NCBI GenBank assembly: GCA_963846545.1
Contig: CAWJWG010000001.1
Coordinates: 2,630,515-2,694,514, forward strand
Source: an uncultured Gemmatimonadales bacterium
GTDB lineage: Bacteria > Gemmatimonadota > Gemmatimonadetes > Gemmatimonadales > GWC2-71-9
Length of the DNA: 64,000 nucleotides
Direction: 5' to 3'
Both the position numbers and the translations under genes were made by a program. Shown here in pieces: positions 54,351 to 64,000 of this stretch (position 1 is the first letter of the stretch; every line of letters begins with the position of its first letter). Under the pieces are notes generated by a model. That model was not told where the DNA came from, searched no databases, and worked only from the letters and a program-made list of their open reading frames with translations.

Positions 54351-54776
54351 TTAGTAGCAGCCCGGCGCGCCCTCGGTCTTGACGGCGGCATTCGGCGCCG
54401 CGGCGGTGCCGACGAAGATGCCGCACTCGTCGCTGGTGGGGCTCTTCACGGCCGGGTTGGTCACCGTGGCCGACCAGCCAGCCGCGCTGCCGTACTTCAC
54501 TGCCAGCACGTTGCCGGCGGACGAGCCGAACGCGACCTTGCCCGCGCCCGCGGCGCCGTTGGTCTGCGTGGTCGGATCCACCGAACCGGCGTAGTCCTGG
54601 TTGTCGGAGAAGAAGCTCTCCTGCGCGGTGACGAGGTTACGCAGGTCCGACTTCATCGACGCCACGACCGCCTTCTCCTTCGTGTTCGCGAACTTCGGAA
54701 TCGCGATGGCGGCCAGGATGCCGATGATCACGACCACGATCAACAGCTCGATCAGGGTAAAGCCCTTGCGGTTCAT
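54351..54776 (-). CDS. pilA: Probable major type IV pilin
   Basis: MNRKG-FTLIELL; GGAGGT RBS, own sigma54 promoter and terminator. Confidence 0.88.
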   Translation of the reverse strand: MNRKGFTLIELLIVVVIIGILAAIAIPKFANTKEKAVVASMKSDLRNLVTAQESFFSDNQDYAGSVDPTTQTNGAAGAGKVAFGSSAGNVLAVKYGSAAGWSATVTNPAVKSPTSDECGIFVGTAAAPNAAVKTEGAPGCY

Positions 54777-54858
54777 TCTACACCTCCGAGAGAGTGAGCG
54801 GCGACGTGGACGTGGCCGAGCCGACACCGGGAGTTTGGTCGGACTGGTGAGGGGTAAG

Positions 54859-54873
54859 GCAACACATATGCCA
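54859..54873 (-). promoter_or_regulatory. Sigma54 -24/-12 promoter of pilin
   Basis: TGGCAT-ATGTG-TTGC. Confidence 0.8.
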
Positions 54874-55192
54874 CCCCCCGACCCTCGCCGATAACACGTA
54901 TCGCGTGAACTGCTTAGACGTGGCGACTCGGGCACGCTGCAATCGCTGGTGAGCGACGCGGACGCGTGTTTTGCAAGTCGATGAATCCCCGCCGCCGGTT
55001 GCCGCTCCTCAATAGAAGGTGACGTCGCGCGCTCACCGGGACCGCGGGCCGACGAGCCGGTTCGCTTCCGCGCCGCGACGTCGGTAGATCGCACTGCAAA
55101 GGCGTGCACGGTTCTTGCCGCTCCGACCCAGACACCGCTCTCCGGGGGCTGTCTCTCCGGATTCCTGCGGGCGATCCGCATGGAGGTCGTGC

Positions 55193-58100
55193 ATGTCACG
55201 CGTGCTCTATCTGCTCTTCATCCTGTCCGGCGCCGCGGGCCTGATCTACGAGTCGATCTGGACCCGCTATCTGGGCCTGTTCGTCGGCCATGACGCCTAC
55301 GCGCAGATCATCGTGCTGGTGATCTTTCTCGGCGGGATGTCCGCGGGTGCCATGCTGGTGAGCCGGTACACCGACCGGCTCAAGAATCCGTTGCGCGGCT
55401 ACGCGCTGATCGAGCTGGCGGTAGGCCTCATCGGGATCGTCTTCCATGACGTGTTCCACTGGGCCACCAACCTCGCCTACACCTCCATCTATCCGATGCT
55501 GGCCGGAACGCCGTTTCTGACCGCGGCCAAGTGGAGCATGGCGAGCGCATTTATCCTGCCGCAGTCGGTCCTGCTCGGCGCCACCTTCCCGCTCATGAGC
55601 GCGGGCGTCCTTCGCCTCCACCGCGGACGTCAGGGTCAGTCTCTCTCTCTGCTCTATTTCGCCAACAGCCTGGGTGCCGCCGCCGGCGTCCTGGTCGCGG
55701 GCTTTTACCTTGTCTCACTGTCGGGCTTGCCCGGCACCCTGCTGGTCGCCGCGATGCTGAACCTCGCGGTCGCGCTCGGCACATTCGCCGTGATCGCCGC
55801 TACGCGTGGCAACACGCGCGCCAACGGAAGCGCCCCGGCAGCCGTCGAGTCACCCGCGCCGGTGTACCCCGGCCGACTGGCGCCCGAGGCCCTGGGACCG
55901 CTGCTCCTCTTTACCAGCTTCGGCACCGCCGCCGCCTCGTTCATCTACGAGATCGACTGGATCCGCATGCTCTCCCTGGTGCTGGGCGGAGCGACGCACG
56001 CGTTCGAATTGATGCTCTCGGCGTTCATTCTGGGTCTCGCCTTGGGCGCCTTCTCCATCAGGTCGAGAGTGGACCGGCTGCGGAATCCGGTGCGGACCCT
56101 GGGGATCGTGCAGTGGACCATGGGCCTGCTGGCGCTCGCGACGCTGCCGATCTACCTGGCGTCGTTCGAGTGGATCGCCACGCTCATGGCGACGTTCGCC
56201 CGCACCGATCTCGGCTACGCCGGCTTCACCGCCGCGCGCTACGCCCTCTGCCTGCTGATCATGCTCCCGGCCACGTTCTGCGCCGGCATGACCCTCCCCA
56301 TCATCACGCGCACGCTGATCCGCGCGGGGGCCGGCGAGCGGGCCATCGGCCGGGTGTACGCCTGGAACACGTTGGGCTCGATCGTGGGTGTGGTCGTGGG
56401 CGGGATGGTGCTGCTGCCACTGATCGGCGTGAAGGCGATGCTGGTGGTAGGCGCCACGCTCGACATGGCCATCGGCGTCCTGCTGGTGCTCCGCTCGAGC
56501 GACCGGCGGGTCGGCGCCGGTTGGCTGGCGGGTCTCTCGCCGCGGACGCTGGCCGCGGGCCTTGCTCTCGGGACCATCGCGGTCTGCGCCCTGGTACTGG
56601 GCCGGGTCCAGCTGCACCAACGGCTGCTCGCGTCGGGCGTCTACCGGCACGGGCTGATCACCGACCCGAATGCGTGGGACATGCGATACTACCGCGACGG
56701 GCGCACGGCGACGGTCTCCTCGTTCCTGGTCCGCGCCACCCAGGGGGTCACGCTCGCCACCAACGGGAAGCCCGACGCCTCGCTCGGCCCCGAGTGGTTC
56801 CGGACATGCGACGCCGGCGCCCCGCGCACCACCCTCACCGGCGACGCTGCCACCCAGGTGCTGATTCCGCTCATTCCGCTGGCCTACGCGCCGAAGGCCA
56901 CGCAGGCTGCGGTGATCGGCTACGGCTCGGGCATGACATCTCACATGCTGCTGGGAGACCCGAGCATCAAGGAAGTCGTCACCATCGAGATCGAGCCGCA
57001 GATGGTGCAGGGCGCCCGCGTCTTCTACCCCGCCAACCGGCGGTCGTACGACGACCCTCGCGCCAGCCTCGTGATCGACGACGCCAAGTCGTACTTCGCC
57101 TCCGCCCATCGCAAGTTCGACCTGATCCTGTCCGAGCCGTCCAATCCATGGGTGAGCGGCGTCTCCGGCCTGTTCACCACCGAGTTCTACGGACGAGTCG
57201 GCCAGTATCTGACCGACGACGGCGTGCTCGGCCAGTGGATCCATACCTACGAGCTGAGCGACGGCCTGGTGCTGAGCGTCCTGGCGGCGCTGCACGAGAA
57301 CTTCCGCTCGTACGAGATCTACATCACCTCCGCCGGCGACCTGCTGGTGGTCGCCTCCAACCGCGCGGAGCTGCCGACCCCGGACTGGTCGGTCTTCGAG
57401 CAGGCGGAAGTGCAGACCGACCTCTGCCGGTTTCTGCCGATGACGCGTGAGGCGCTGGAGGGGTCCCGGCTGGTGGGACGGAAGGAGCTCGCACCGGTGC
57501 TCGCCGAGTTCGGGCAGCCGAACTCCGACTACTACCCGGTGCTCGACCTTGGCGCTGAGCGCCGCCGGTACCTGCGGGACGTGGCGCGCGGGTTCAATTC
57601 GCTGTCGTTCGAGTGGTACAACCTGCTTTCGTCGGTCTCCGGCGCGCGGCGCGGGCCGGGACGGGACACGCTCGCGGCCATGCCGGAGACGCCACGCATC
57701 AGAGTGTCGACGCTCTCGGCGCGCCTGCGCCGCTGGTACAGCATGCCGCGCGACTCGATGCCCGGCGATCTCGAGCTCCAGCAGGCGGCCTATCAGACCG
57801 ACCATTGGCGGGCGCGGTTGAATGACGGGAGGGCCCCGGGCAGCTGGCAGCTGTGGCTCAACGAGATGTGGCGGGTGAATCGCTACTGGTCCGGCGGCCT
57901 GGCCGGTGTCGCCGACACGGCGTTCTTCCGGTCGGCCCAGCGATACGCCGACCGGTTCGACGCGCCGCAGGCGGTAAAGGACGTCGTGGCGTTCCGCCAT
58001 GCGCTCGCCGCGTGGGACTTCCCGGCCGCCGCGGGCGCCTCCGACCGGCTGCTCCCGGTGGTGGTGAAGGAGAACCAGTGGATCTCGGGCGACGAGCTCC

Positions 58101-58270
58101 GCGACGGCGCGGTGATGGCCAAGCTGCACCTGGGCGACGCGGCCGGAGCCCGCGTGGCGCTCGACAGCCTGCGGCGCTTCTCATCCCGGAGTGCGGACGA
58201 CCTTCGCTCGCGCATGCTGGAGGCCTACGTGACGACCGCGGAGAGCCGCCAGGCCACCGCCGCGCGCTGA
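55193..58270 (+). CDS. Membrane-fused spermidine-synthase-like SAM-dependent transferase
   Basis: Duplicated TM module (SGAAGLIYE / ASFIYE), NGKPDAS, IGYGSG, SEPSNPW, LFTTEFY. Confidence 0.88.
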   Translation: MSRVLYLLFILSGAAGLIYESIWTRYLGLFVGHDAYAQIIVLVIFLGGMSAGAMLVSRYTDRLKNPLRGYALIELAVGLIGIVFHDVFHWATNLAYTSIYPMLAGTPFLTAAKWSMASAFILPQSVLLGATFPLMSAGVLRLHRGRQGQSLSLLYFANSLGAAAGVLVAGFYLVSLSGLPGTLLVAAMLNLAVALGTFAVIAATRGNTRANGSAPAAVESPAPVYPGRLAPEALGPLLLFTSFGTAAASFIYEIDWIRMLSLVLGGATHAFELMLSAFILGLALGAFSIRSRVDRLRNPVRTLGIVQWTMGLLALATLPIYLASFEWIATLMATFARTDLGYAGFTAARYALCLLIMLPATFCAGMTLPIITRTLIRAGAGERAIGRVYAWNTLGSIVGVVVGGMVLLPLIGVKAMLVVGATLDMAIGVLLVLRSSDRRVGAGWLAGLSPRTLAAGLALGTIAVCALVLGRVQLHQRLLASGVYRHGLITDPNAWDMRYYRDGRTATVSSFLVRATQGVTLATNGKPDASLGPEWFRTCDAGAPRTTLTGDAATQVLIPLIPLAYAPKATQAAVIGYGSGMTSHMLLGDPSIKEVVTIEIEPQMVQGARVFYPANRRSYDDPRASLVIDDAKSYFASAHRKFDLILSEPSNPWVSGVSGLFTTEFYGRVGQYLTDDGVLGQWIHTYELSDGLVLSVLAALHENFRSYEIYITSAGDLLVVASNRAELPTPDWSVFEQAEVQTDLCRFLPMTREALEGSRLVGRKELAPVLAEFGQPNSDYYPVLDLGAERRRYLRDVARGFNSLSFEWYNLLSSVSGARRGPGRDTLAAMPETPRIRVSTLSARLRRWYSMPRDSMPGDLELQQAAYQTDHWRARLNDGRAPGSWQLWLNEMWRVNRYWSGGLAGVADTAFFRSAQRYADRFDAPQAVKDVVAFRHALAAWDFPAAAGASDRLLPVVVKENQWISGDELRDGAVMAKLHLGDAAGARVALDSLRRFSSRSADDLRSRMLEAYVTTAESRQATAAR

Positions 58271-58274
58271 TCGC

Positions 58275-60080
58275 TCAGCAGCCTCGCGCGGCGGCGCTGT
58301 CGCGCAGCGCGGGCAGGCGACGCAGCTCGGGAAGGAGTGACTTCAGCCGATCGAGCGCTTCGCGGAGCGGGGCGCACTGATGCGCCGGCACCGCCGCCTC
58401 GGCGGTGAGCAGCCAGTAGCGCCAATCCTCGGGGTGGGCCGTGGCCGACTGGTGTCGCAGAGCCAGCGCGCGAGCCACATCGCCCCGGGCCAGCGCAAGG
58501 TGCGACTCGGAAATCTTCAAGTCCACCGAGCCCGGCTGCGCCCGCTCGGCAACCTCGAGGCGTAGCGCGGCCGAGTCGAGCTTGCCCGCCTGCACGTAGT
58601 TGCCGACGGCTCGCGCCGCGTCGATCGCCCGCCCCGAATCCGCCGAGAACGACGACCAGAACGCCCCCGCCGCCTCGCTCCATCGCCGCTGCCGCTCGAG
58701 CACCACCGCGAAGTCGCTCCACATGGCGCCGTTGCCCGCGTAAGCGGTGAAGCCCCGCCGCATGAGGCGCTCACCGGACGTCGAGTCGCCCCGCATATAG
58801 GACAGCATCGCCGCCACCCAGTCCGCCCGGTAGGAGCCGGGAGCGTCCGCCACCAGCTGGGGGAAGAACGTCGCGTCGTCGCGCCAGATCCGGGCGCGGT
58901 TGTAGGTCCGGAGAAACGCCGCCGCCAGGACCACGGCCAGCGCGGCGATCGCGATCGTTCTCCGACGGGCGTAGCCGAGTCCCCAGAGCCAGCCACCCGC
59001 CAGGCAGACGCCGGCCGACGCCAGGTACAGCGTCCGCTCCGCCAGCACCACGCCCGACGGTACCAGCACATTGCTGACGACGAAGACGGCCACGGCCGTC
59101 CACGCGAGACCGGCCGTGACCATCGGCGCCCGGCGCCGCGCGGCGACCGCGATGCCCGCACAGGCGAGGAGCAGCACGAGGCCCAGCCACCCGGATGGAC
59201 CGATCCGAGCCGAGACCGGCAGGAAGCCTGGTGAATACTCGGCGGAGAGTCTGGCGGGATACAGCAGCAGACGCAGATACTCAGGCACGACCGACAGCAT
59301 GATCGCGATCCGGTCGAGCACCCCCGTTCCGGCCAGTCCCGGCGCAGGTGCATCGCCCGCGAGCTCCCCGACGACCACCGTACGCAGCCAGAGCCATCCG
59401 ATCGTGACAACCAGCGCCGCGGCCCAGAGCGGACCGTTCCGGGCCACCCGCGCGACGAAGGGCTGGCCCTCGGCGCGCGCGCGAGCCCAGTCCGTCACCA
59501 GGAGGATGCCGGGGAGGGCGAACGCGGATTCCTTGGAGCCGAGCGCCAGTACCGCCGCGGCGAGCGTCGCCGCGGCGGCGAGCCCGCGAGCGCGAGGCGA
59601 GCGCCCATCCTCAGTCAGATCCCCATACCGGAGATACGCGAGCGCCGAGAGGATCACGAAGAGCGTGGCCAGCACCTCGGCCCTTCCCACGACGTTGGCC
59701 ACCGCCTCGACGTGCACCGGATGCAGGGCGAAGAGAAGCCCCACCGCCAGCGCCGCCGACAGTGGCATGAGCCGCATCGCGAGCAGGCAGAGCGCGGCCG
59801 CGGCCGCGGCGTGCATCAGCACGTTGGTGAGATGGAAGTCGAAAGGTCGGTCCGGTCCCAGCGTCCAGTTGGCGGCGAGCGTGAGGCTGGTGAACGGCCG
59901 GTAGAGTCCGCGGGGCCACCAGGGGCTGGTGACGATCTCGCGCCAGTTGGCGAGGTGATGAAGCCGGGGGTTGGCGACGATGACCGAGAGGTCATCGTAG
60001 ACGAACTGGTGGGACAGCGTGGAGGCGTAGACGGCGAAGGCGGCCAGCGCGGCGAGCGCCGGCGGCAGCGGCCGTCTCAC
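58275..60080 (-). CDS. TMTC-like GT-C glycosyltransferase with TPR tail
   Basis: FVYDD, YRP, FHLTN, HPVHVEAV, GRAE, SKE, AERTLY, IWRD. Confidence 0.85.
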   Translation of the reverse strand: MRRPLPPALAALAAFAVYASTLSHQFVYDDLSVIVANPRLHHLANWREIVTSPWWPRGLYRPFTSLTLAANWTLGPDRPFDFHLTNVLMHAAAAAALCLLAMRLMPLSAALAVGLLFALHPVHVEAVANVVGRAEVLATLFVILSALAYLRYGDLTEDGRSPRARGLAAAATLAAAVLALGSKESAFALPGILLVTDWARARAEGQPFVARVARNGPLWAAALVVTIGWLWLRTVVVGELAGDAPAPGLAGTGVLDRIAIMLSVVPEYLRLLLYPARLSAEYSPGFLPVSARIGPSGWLGLVLLLACAGIAVAARRRAPMVTAGLAWTAVAVFVVSNVLVPSGVVLAERTLYLASAGVCLAGGWLWGLGYARRRTIAIAALAVVLAAAFLRTYNRARIWRDDATFFPQLVADAPGSYRADWVAAMLSYMRGDSTSGERLMRRGFTAYAGNGAMWSDFAVVLERQRRWSEAAGAFWSSFSADSGRAIDAARAVGNYVQAGKLDSAALRLEVAERAQPGSVDLKISESHLALARGDVARALALRHQSATAHPEDWRYWLLTAEAAVPAHQCAPLREALDRLKSLLPELRRLPALRDSAAARGC

Positions 60081-61456
60081 GCCTTCACTTCCACCTGTTC
60101 TTCATAGCGGCTCAGCTTGCGGTAGAGCGTCGAGGGGTCGATCCCGAGCACTTCGGCCGCGCGCGTCTTGTTGCCGCCCTCCGCCTGGAGCACCCACATG
60201 ATGTAGGCCCGCTCGATGACCTCGAGCGTGGGGTTGCGGTACGAGCGCTCGGCGACGAGCGGCTCCTTGCGGCGCTTGGTGATCCGCTCCGGCAGCGCGC
60301 CGGCCTCGATCAGGGAGCCGCGGCTCAGCACCACCGCGTGCTCCAGCGCGTTCTCGAGCTCGCGCACGTTGCCGGGCCATTCGTACACCATCACGGCGTC
60401 GAGCGCGTCGGACGAGAGCGCCTTGGGCTCCCCGCCCGTCTCCGTGCCGAGCGCCTGGAGGAACGCCTCCAGCAGGAGCAGGAGGTCATCCCGCCGCTCG
60501 CGCAGTGGCGGCAGGTTGAGCGCGATCACGTTCAGGCGATAGAACAGGTCCGATCGGAAATTCCCCCGCCGGATCTCCTCCTCCAGGTCGCGGTTGGTCG
60601 CGGCGATGATGCGGACATCCACCGGGATCGCCTCGGTGGCGCCTACCGGGATGGCTTCGCGCTCCTGCAATACGCGCAGCAGCTTGACCTGAAGCGACGG
60701 CGGCATCTCGCCCACCTCGTCCAGGAAGAAGCTTCCACCGCGCGCCGCCGCGAACAGACCCTGCTTGTCCCGCACCGCGCCGGTGAACGAGCCCTTCACG
60801 TGCCCGAACAGCTCGCTCTCCAGCAGGTTCTCCGGCAGGGCGCCGCAGTTGATGGACATGAACGGTCCGTCCGCGCGAGTCGACAGGTTGTGGATGTAGC
60901 GGGCGACCACCTCCTTGCCCGTTCCGCTCTCGCCCTGGATGAGCACGGTGGACTCGGTCGGCGCCACGTGCTCGGCCAGCTTGAGCAGCTCCATGAAGCG
61001 CTTCGACTTGCCGATGGGACGGTTGACGGCGGTCCTGTCCCGCCGGCGGATCTCCTGCTTGAGCTGCTTGTTCTCCACCCGCACCGCCCGGAACTCGCAG
61101 GCCCGGCGCAGGATCGCCACCAGCTCGTCGTTGGAGAACGGCTTCTGGATGTAGTAGAAGGCGCCGGAATTGACCGCGCTGATGGCGCTCTGCAGCGAAG
61201 CTTGCGCGGTCATCAGGATCACCGGGGTCATCGGGTCCTGCTCGCGGGCCGCGGTCAGGATGTCGAGCCCGGAGACCTGGGGCATCCGCACATCGGAGAG
61301 AATCAGGTCGTGCACGCCGGCCCGGATCTGCTCCAGTCCGGCCTTGCCGCCCTGCGCGGTGGTGACCTCGAACCCTTCGTTCCTGAGCAGGATTCTGAGC
61401 GTGTCCAGAATGCCCGACTCGTCGTCGACCACCAGGACCGAAGGCTTCTGCGTCAT
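60077..61456 (-). CDS. pilR: Sigma54 response regulator, PilR-like
   Basis: Intact [31 protein letters not shown]. Confidence 0.8.
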   Translation of the reverse strand: MTQKPSVLVVDDESGILDTLRILLRNEGFEVTTAQGGKAGLEQIRAGVHDLILSDVRMPQVSGLDILTAAREQDPMTPVILMTAQASLQSAISAVNSGAFYYIQKPFSNDELVAILRRACEFRAVRVENKQLKQEIRRRDRTAVNRPIGKSKRFMELLKLAEHVAPTESTVLIQGESGTGKEVVARYIHNLSTRADGPFMSINCGALPENLLESELFGHVKGSFTGAVRDKQGLFAAARGGSFFLDEVGEMPPSLQVKLLRVLQEREAIPVGATEAIPVDVRIIAATNRDLEEEIRRGNFRSDLFYRLNVIALNLPPLRERRDDLLLLLEAFLQALGTETGGEPKALSSDALDAVMVYEWPGNVRELENALEHAVVLSRGSLIEAGALPERITKRRKEPLVAERSYRNPTLEVIERAYIMWVLQAEGGNKTRAAEVLGIDPSTLYRKLSRYEEQVEVKA

Positions 61457-63111
61457 GCGGCGTCCTCCGCCAGCGTCTTGGCGGGCAGAAAGATGGTGAA
61501 GGTGGTGCCCGATCCCGATCCGGATTCTACCAGGACGAGCCCCCTGTGCGCCTCGACCGCGCGCTGAACGATGGCGAGGCCGAGACCGCTGCCCCCCGGA
61601 CGTCCCGAGACGAACGGCTCGAACAGCCGCTCGCGGATCTCCGACGGAATCCCGGGTCCGGTGTCCCGCACCTGCAGCCGGATCGCGTGATCCAGGTTGG
61701 TCCCGTGCGGAATCTCCGCGGCGGAGACCGCCCCGACACTCACGGTGATCCGGACCGGCCCGCGCGCGGCCTGCACCGCGTTGAGCACCAGGTTGGCGAT
61801 CACCCGGTGCAGCAGGTCCTCATCCCCATCCATCGTCGTGCGTCCACCCTCGACCACGATGTCCGCGTCGGGGCGGCAATCGGGGTGCGCCCGGATCAGC
61901 CGCACCACGGCGGTGACGGTGGAATGCAGGTCGATCGGCACCAGCTGCGTCGCCCGCACGCGGGCGAAGTCGAGGAACTCGCTCAGCAGCCGGCTGAGCC
62001 GGTCACTCTCCCGGACGATCAGCCCGGCGAGGAAGCGTTCGTCCTCGTCGGCGTGCTTGGAGCGCGCGAGCTGCTCGACGGAGCTCCGGATGGAGGCGAG
62101 CGGATTCCGAATCTCGTGCGCCAGCGAGGCGCTCAAGGCGGCCACCGACTCCAGCCGCTCCGCTCTCGCCTGCAGCTCCTGCACTTCCTTCAGGTCCGAG
62201 ATGTCGGTGAAGATGGCGGTCACCGACGGCGCTTCCTGCGCCTCCTGACGGAATGTGGTCGTACTGAGGCCGATGGGGAATGTGCGGCCTCCCTGGTGCG
62301 AGACCATGCCTTCCCCTCGGCTGATCTTGCGCCCGTTCCGGATTCCGGAGACCACCGCCGCCCACAGCTCCGCCGAGCGCACCTTGAGCTGGTCCAGCAC
62401 GGGCAGCGCGATGAGCGCTTCGCCCTCCAGGTCGAGCAGGCGCTCGGCGGTCGGATTGATGAATGCCAGGCGCCCGAGCCCGTCCACCGTGATCACGCCC
62501 GAGCGGATGTTCCGGAGGATGTCGTCTGCCTCCAGCCGCACCCGCTGCAGCTCGGTGGCGAGCGTCGCCTGCTCCATCCCCGCCTCGCGCAGGCGGTGGC
62601 CCAGGACGGCCACGATCGCGAACACGAGGTTGAACACCAGCATCTGCGCCCAGAAGGCGGCATCGGGCGCCTCGGCGCGGGTCCAGAGCGTGTCGCCGAG
62701 GAAGAGCGCCGAGGCCAGCACGGCGGTGAGGGCCCCGATGGCCGGCGGCATGAGGAGCGCGTAGGCTGCCACCACGAGGACGTAGAGCGCCGGGAAGGCC
62801 GACTGCGGCTGTCCGGCGAAATGCACGACCGTCGTCACCACGCCGAGGTCGACCAGCGCCTGGACCAGGAGGAAGGTCTGTCCGGCCCGGCGCCCGCGCA
62901 GGTGGACGATGTAAAAACCGTAGGCGGTGAACGTCAGGGCGATCACCACCGCGATGCTGACCAGGAACGATTCCTGGGGCCGCACCGTCCACACCAGACC
63001 CGCGCCGATGAGGATGCCGACCGCGAGGATCAAGCGCCCGATGAAGAGCCAGGACAGCAACGTACGCTGATCGGGAAGCGAGCTGCGGCCGGCTCGCTGA
63101 TCGGATGGCAT
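61453..63111 (-). CDS. pilS: Sensor histidine kinase, PilS-like
   Basis: About 6 TM, PAS, LAHEIRNPL, GSGLGL; coupled to pilR. Confidence 0.82.
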   Translation of the reverse strand: MPSDQRAGRSSLPDQRTLLSWLFIGRLILAVGILIGAGLVWTVRPQESFLVSIAVVIALTFTAYGFYIVHLRGRRAGQTFLLVQALVDLGVVTTVVHFAGQPQSAFPALYVLVVAAYALLMPPAIGALTAVLASALFLGDTLWTRAEAPDAAFWAQMLVFNLVFAIVAVLGHRLREAGMEQATLATELQRVRLEADDILRNIRSGVITVDGLGRLAFINPTAERLLDLEGEALIALPVLDQLKVRSAELWAAVVSGIRNGRKISRGEGMVSHQGGRTFPIGLSTTTFRQEAQEAPSVTAIFTDISDLKEVQELQARAERLESVAALSASLAHEIRNPLASIRSSVEQLARSKHADEDERFLAGLIVRESDRLSRLLSEFLDFARVRATQLVPIDLHSTVTAVVRLIRAHPDCRPDADIVVEGGRTTMDGDEDLLHRVIANLVLNAVQAARGPVRITVSVGAVSAAEIPHGTNLDHAIRLQVRDTGPGIPSEIRERLFEPFVSGRPGGSGLGLAIVQRAVEAHRGLVLVESGSGSGTTFTIFLPAKTLAEDAA

Positions 63112-63174
63112 TGTGCCTCGGGACGGGTCGGGCTGAGCGTGGGGATTCTGGCCGAAGATAGAAAGGCGGGCGTA

Positions 63175-63418
63175 TCAAAACAATCCATGGCGTCCGTTGA
63201 GCCACGACACTGGCATCCCTGCCGCCCACGACGTGGATGACATTGTTCGCCGTCCCCGCCACGGCGAAGTTCCGGCTGGCGGGGATCGAGGTCTTCGGGG
63301 GCGGTCGGCGACCGGGGCGAGCGCCACCTCCGGACCCGTGAGCTCCCGCGTCGCGCCGTTGTCGCACGCGGCGAGCACCAGGCAGAGGGTGAACAACATC
63401 GATGAGTTGACTTGGCAT
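63175..63418 (-). pseudogene. Possible remnant of Kelch-repeat lipoprotein
   Basis: Lipobox LVLAACD in one frame, Kelch-like SIPASRNFAVAGTANNVIHVVGG in another; no continuation. Confidence 0.35.
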
Positions 63419-63540
63419 GGACTACCCTTTAGATGGCCCCCTCGCGGGGGCGACCAGGACGACGAGCGAGTGAGCGGGGCGATGACGGTCGGCGAGCGCT
63501 TCGGGGGCGGCGTCCTCGCGCCCACGGCAGGGCGAATGTC

Positions 63541-64000
63541 GTGACCTGGTCGGTCTACGTCGCGCGTTGCGCCGACGGCACCTTCTACACCGGCGTCACC
63601 ACCGACGTGGCGCGCCGCGAGCGGGTCCACAACGCCGGCCGCGGCGCCGCATACACCCGGTCGCGGCGTCCGGTGACGATGATCCATGTCGAACCGGCAG
63701 TTGATCGGGGAGCCGCGCTCCGCCGGGAGCTGGCCATCAAGCGACTGAGTCGTGCGGAGAAAGAGGCGATGGTGTCAGGCGAGGCCGCGCAGCCGGGGTT
63801 CAGGAATTTCCGCCCCGAGGCACTGAAGTTTCTGCGGAAGCTGGCGAGGAACAATCGCCGCGACTGGTTCGAGCGGCATCGCGGGGTCTACGAGATCGAG
63901 GTCCGGGACCCGATGCGAGCGCTGGTGGAGGAGATGGACGTCCGGCTCGCGCGGATCGCCCCCGAGATCACCGGTGACCCGAAGCGGTCGGTGTTCCGGA
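63541..64000 (+). CDS. GIY-YIG (UPF0213-like) nuclease fused to DUF2461-like domain, partial
   Basis: Manual translation MTWSVYVARCADGTFYTGVTTD...HNAGRGAAYTR...KRLSRAEKE then FLRKLARNNRRDWF...DPKRSVFR with no stop. Confidence 0.85.
   Translation, partial: MTWSVYVARCADGTFYTGVTTDVARRERVHNAGRGAAYTRSRRPVTMIHVEPAVDRGAALRRELAIKRLSRAEKEAMVSGEAAQPGFRNFRPEALKFLRKLARNNRRDWFERHRGVYEIEVRDPMRALVEEMDVRLARIAPEITGDPKRSVFR

Overview
High-GC bacterial chromosomal window. Gene style (several TM/TPR Ser/Thr kinases, RCC1 lipoprotein, sigma54 regulators, TMTC-like glycosyltransferase) suggests Gemmatimonadota; this is an inference. The backbone is two divergent CPA1 antiporters, a double hybrid histidine kinase, argF-gcvT-mogA, aroC-aroK-topA-trmFO-xerC-hslVU and a type IV pilus locus (pilMNOPQ, minor pilins, two pilins, pilSR, two consensus sigma54 promoters). 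Three things stand out. (1) An antiporter-rhodanese fusion (234..1883) reads through an in-frame TGA in a CxU motif followed by a SECIS-like hairpin, so it is a probable unannotated selenoprotein. (2) A cyclic-dinucleotide signalling locus runs FeS/hydrogenase-like GGDEF, conserved hypothetical, unannotated 27-aa peptide, membrane HD-GYP, and faces TPR and BTAD-STAND regulators; part of it lies in a low-GC block, making it a candidate peptide-sensing system. (3) An accessory cassette combines a cytoplasmic S8 protease, a receptor-like kinase and small proteins. Five genes carry single-base insertions that look like sequencing errors. No rRNA, tRNA, CRISPR array or transposase was recognised.
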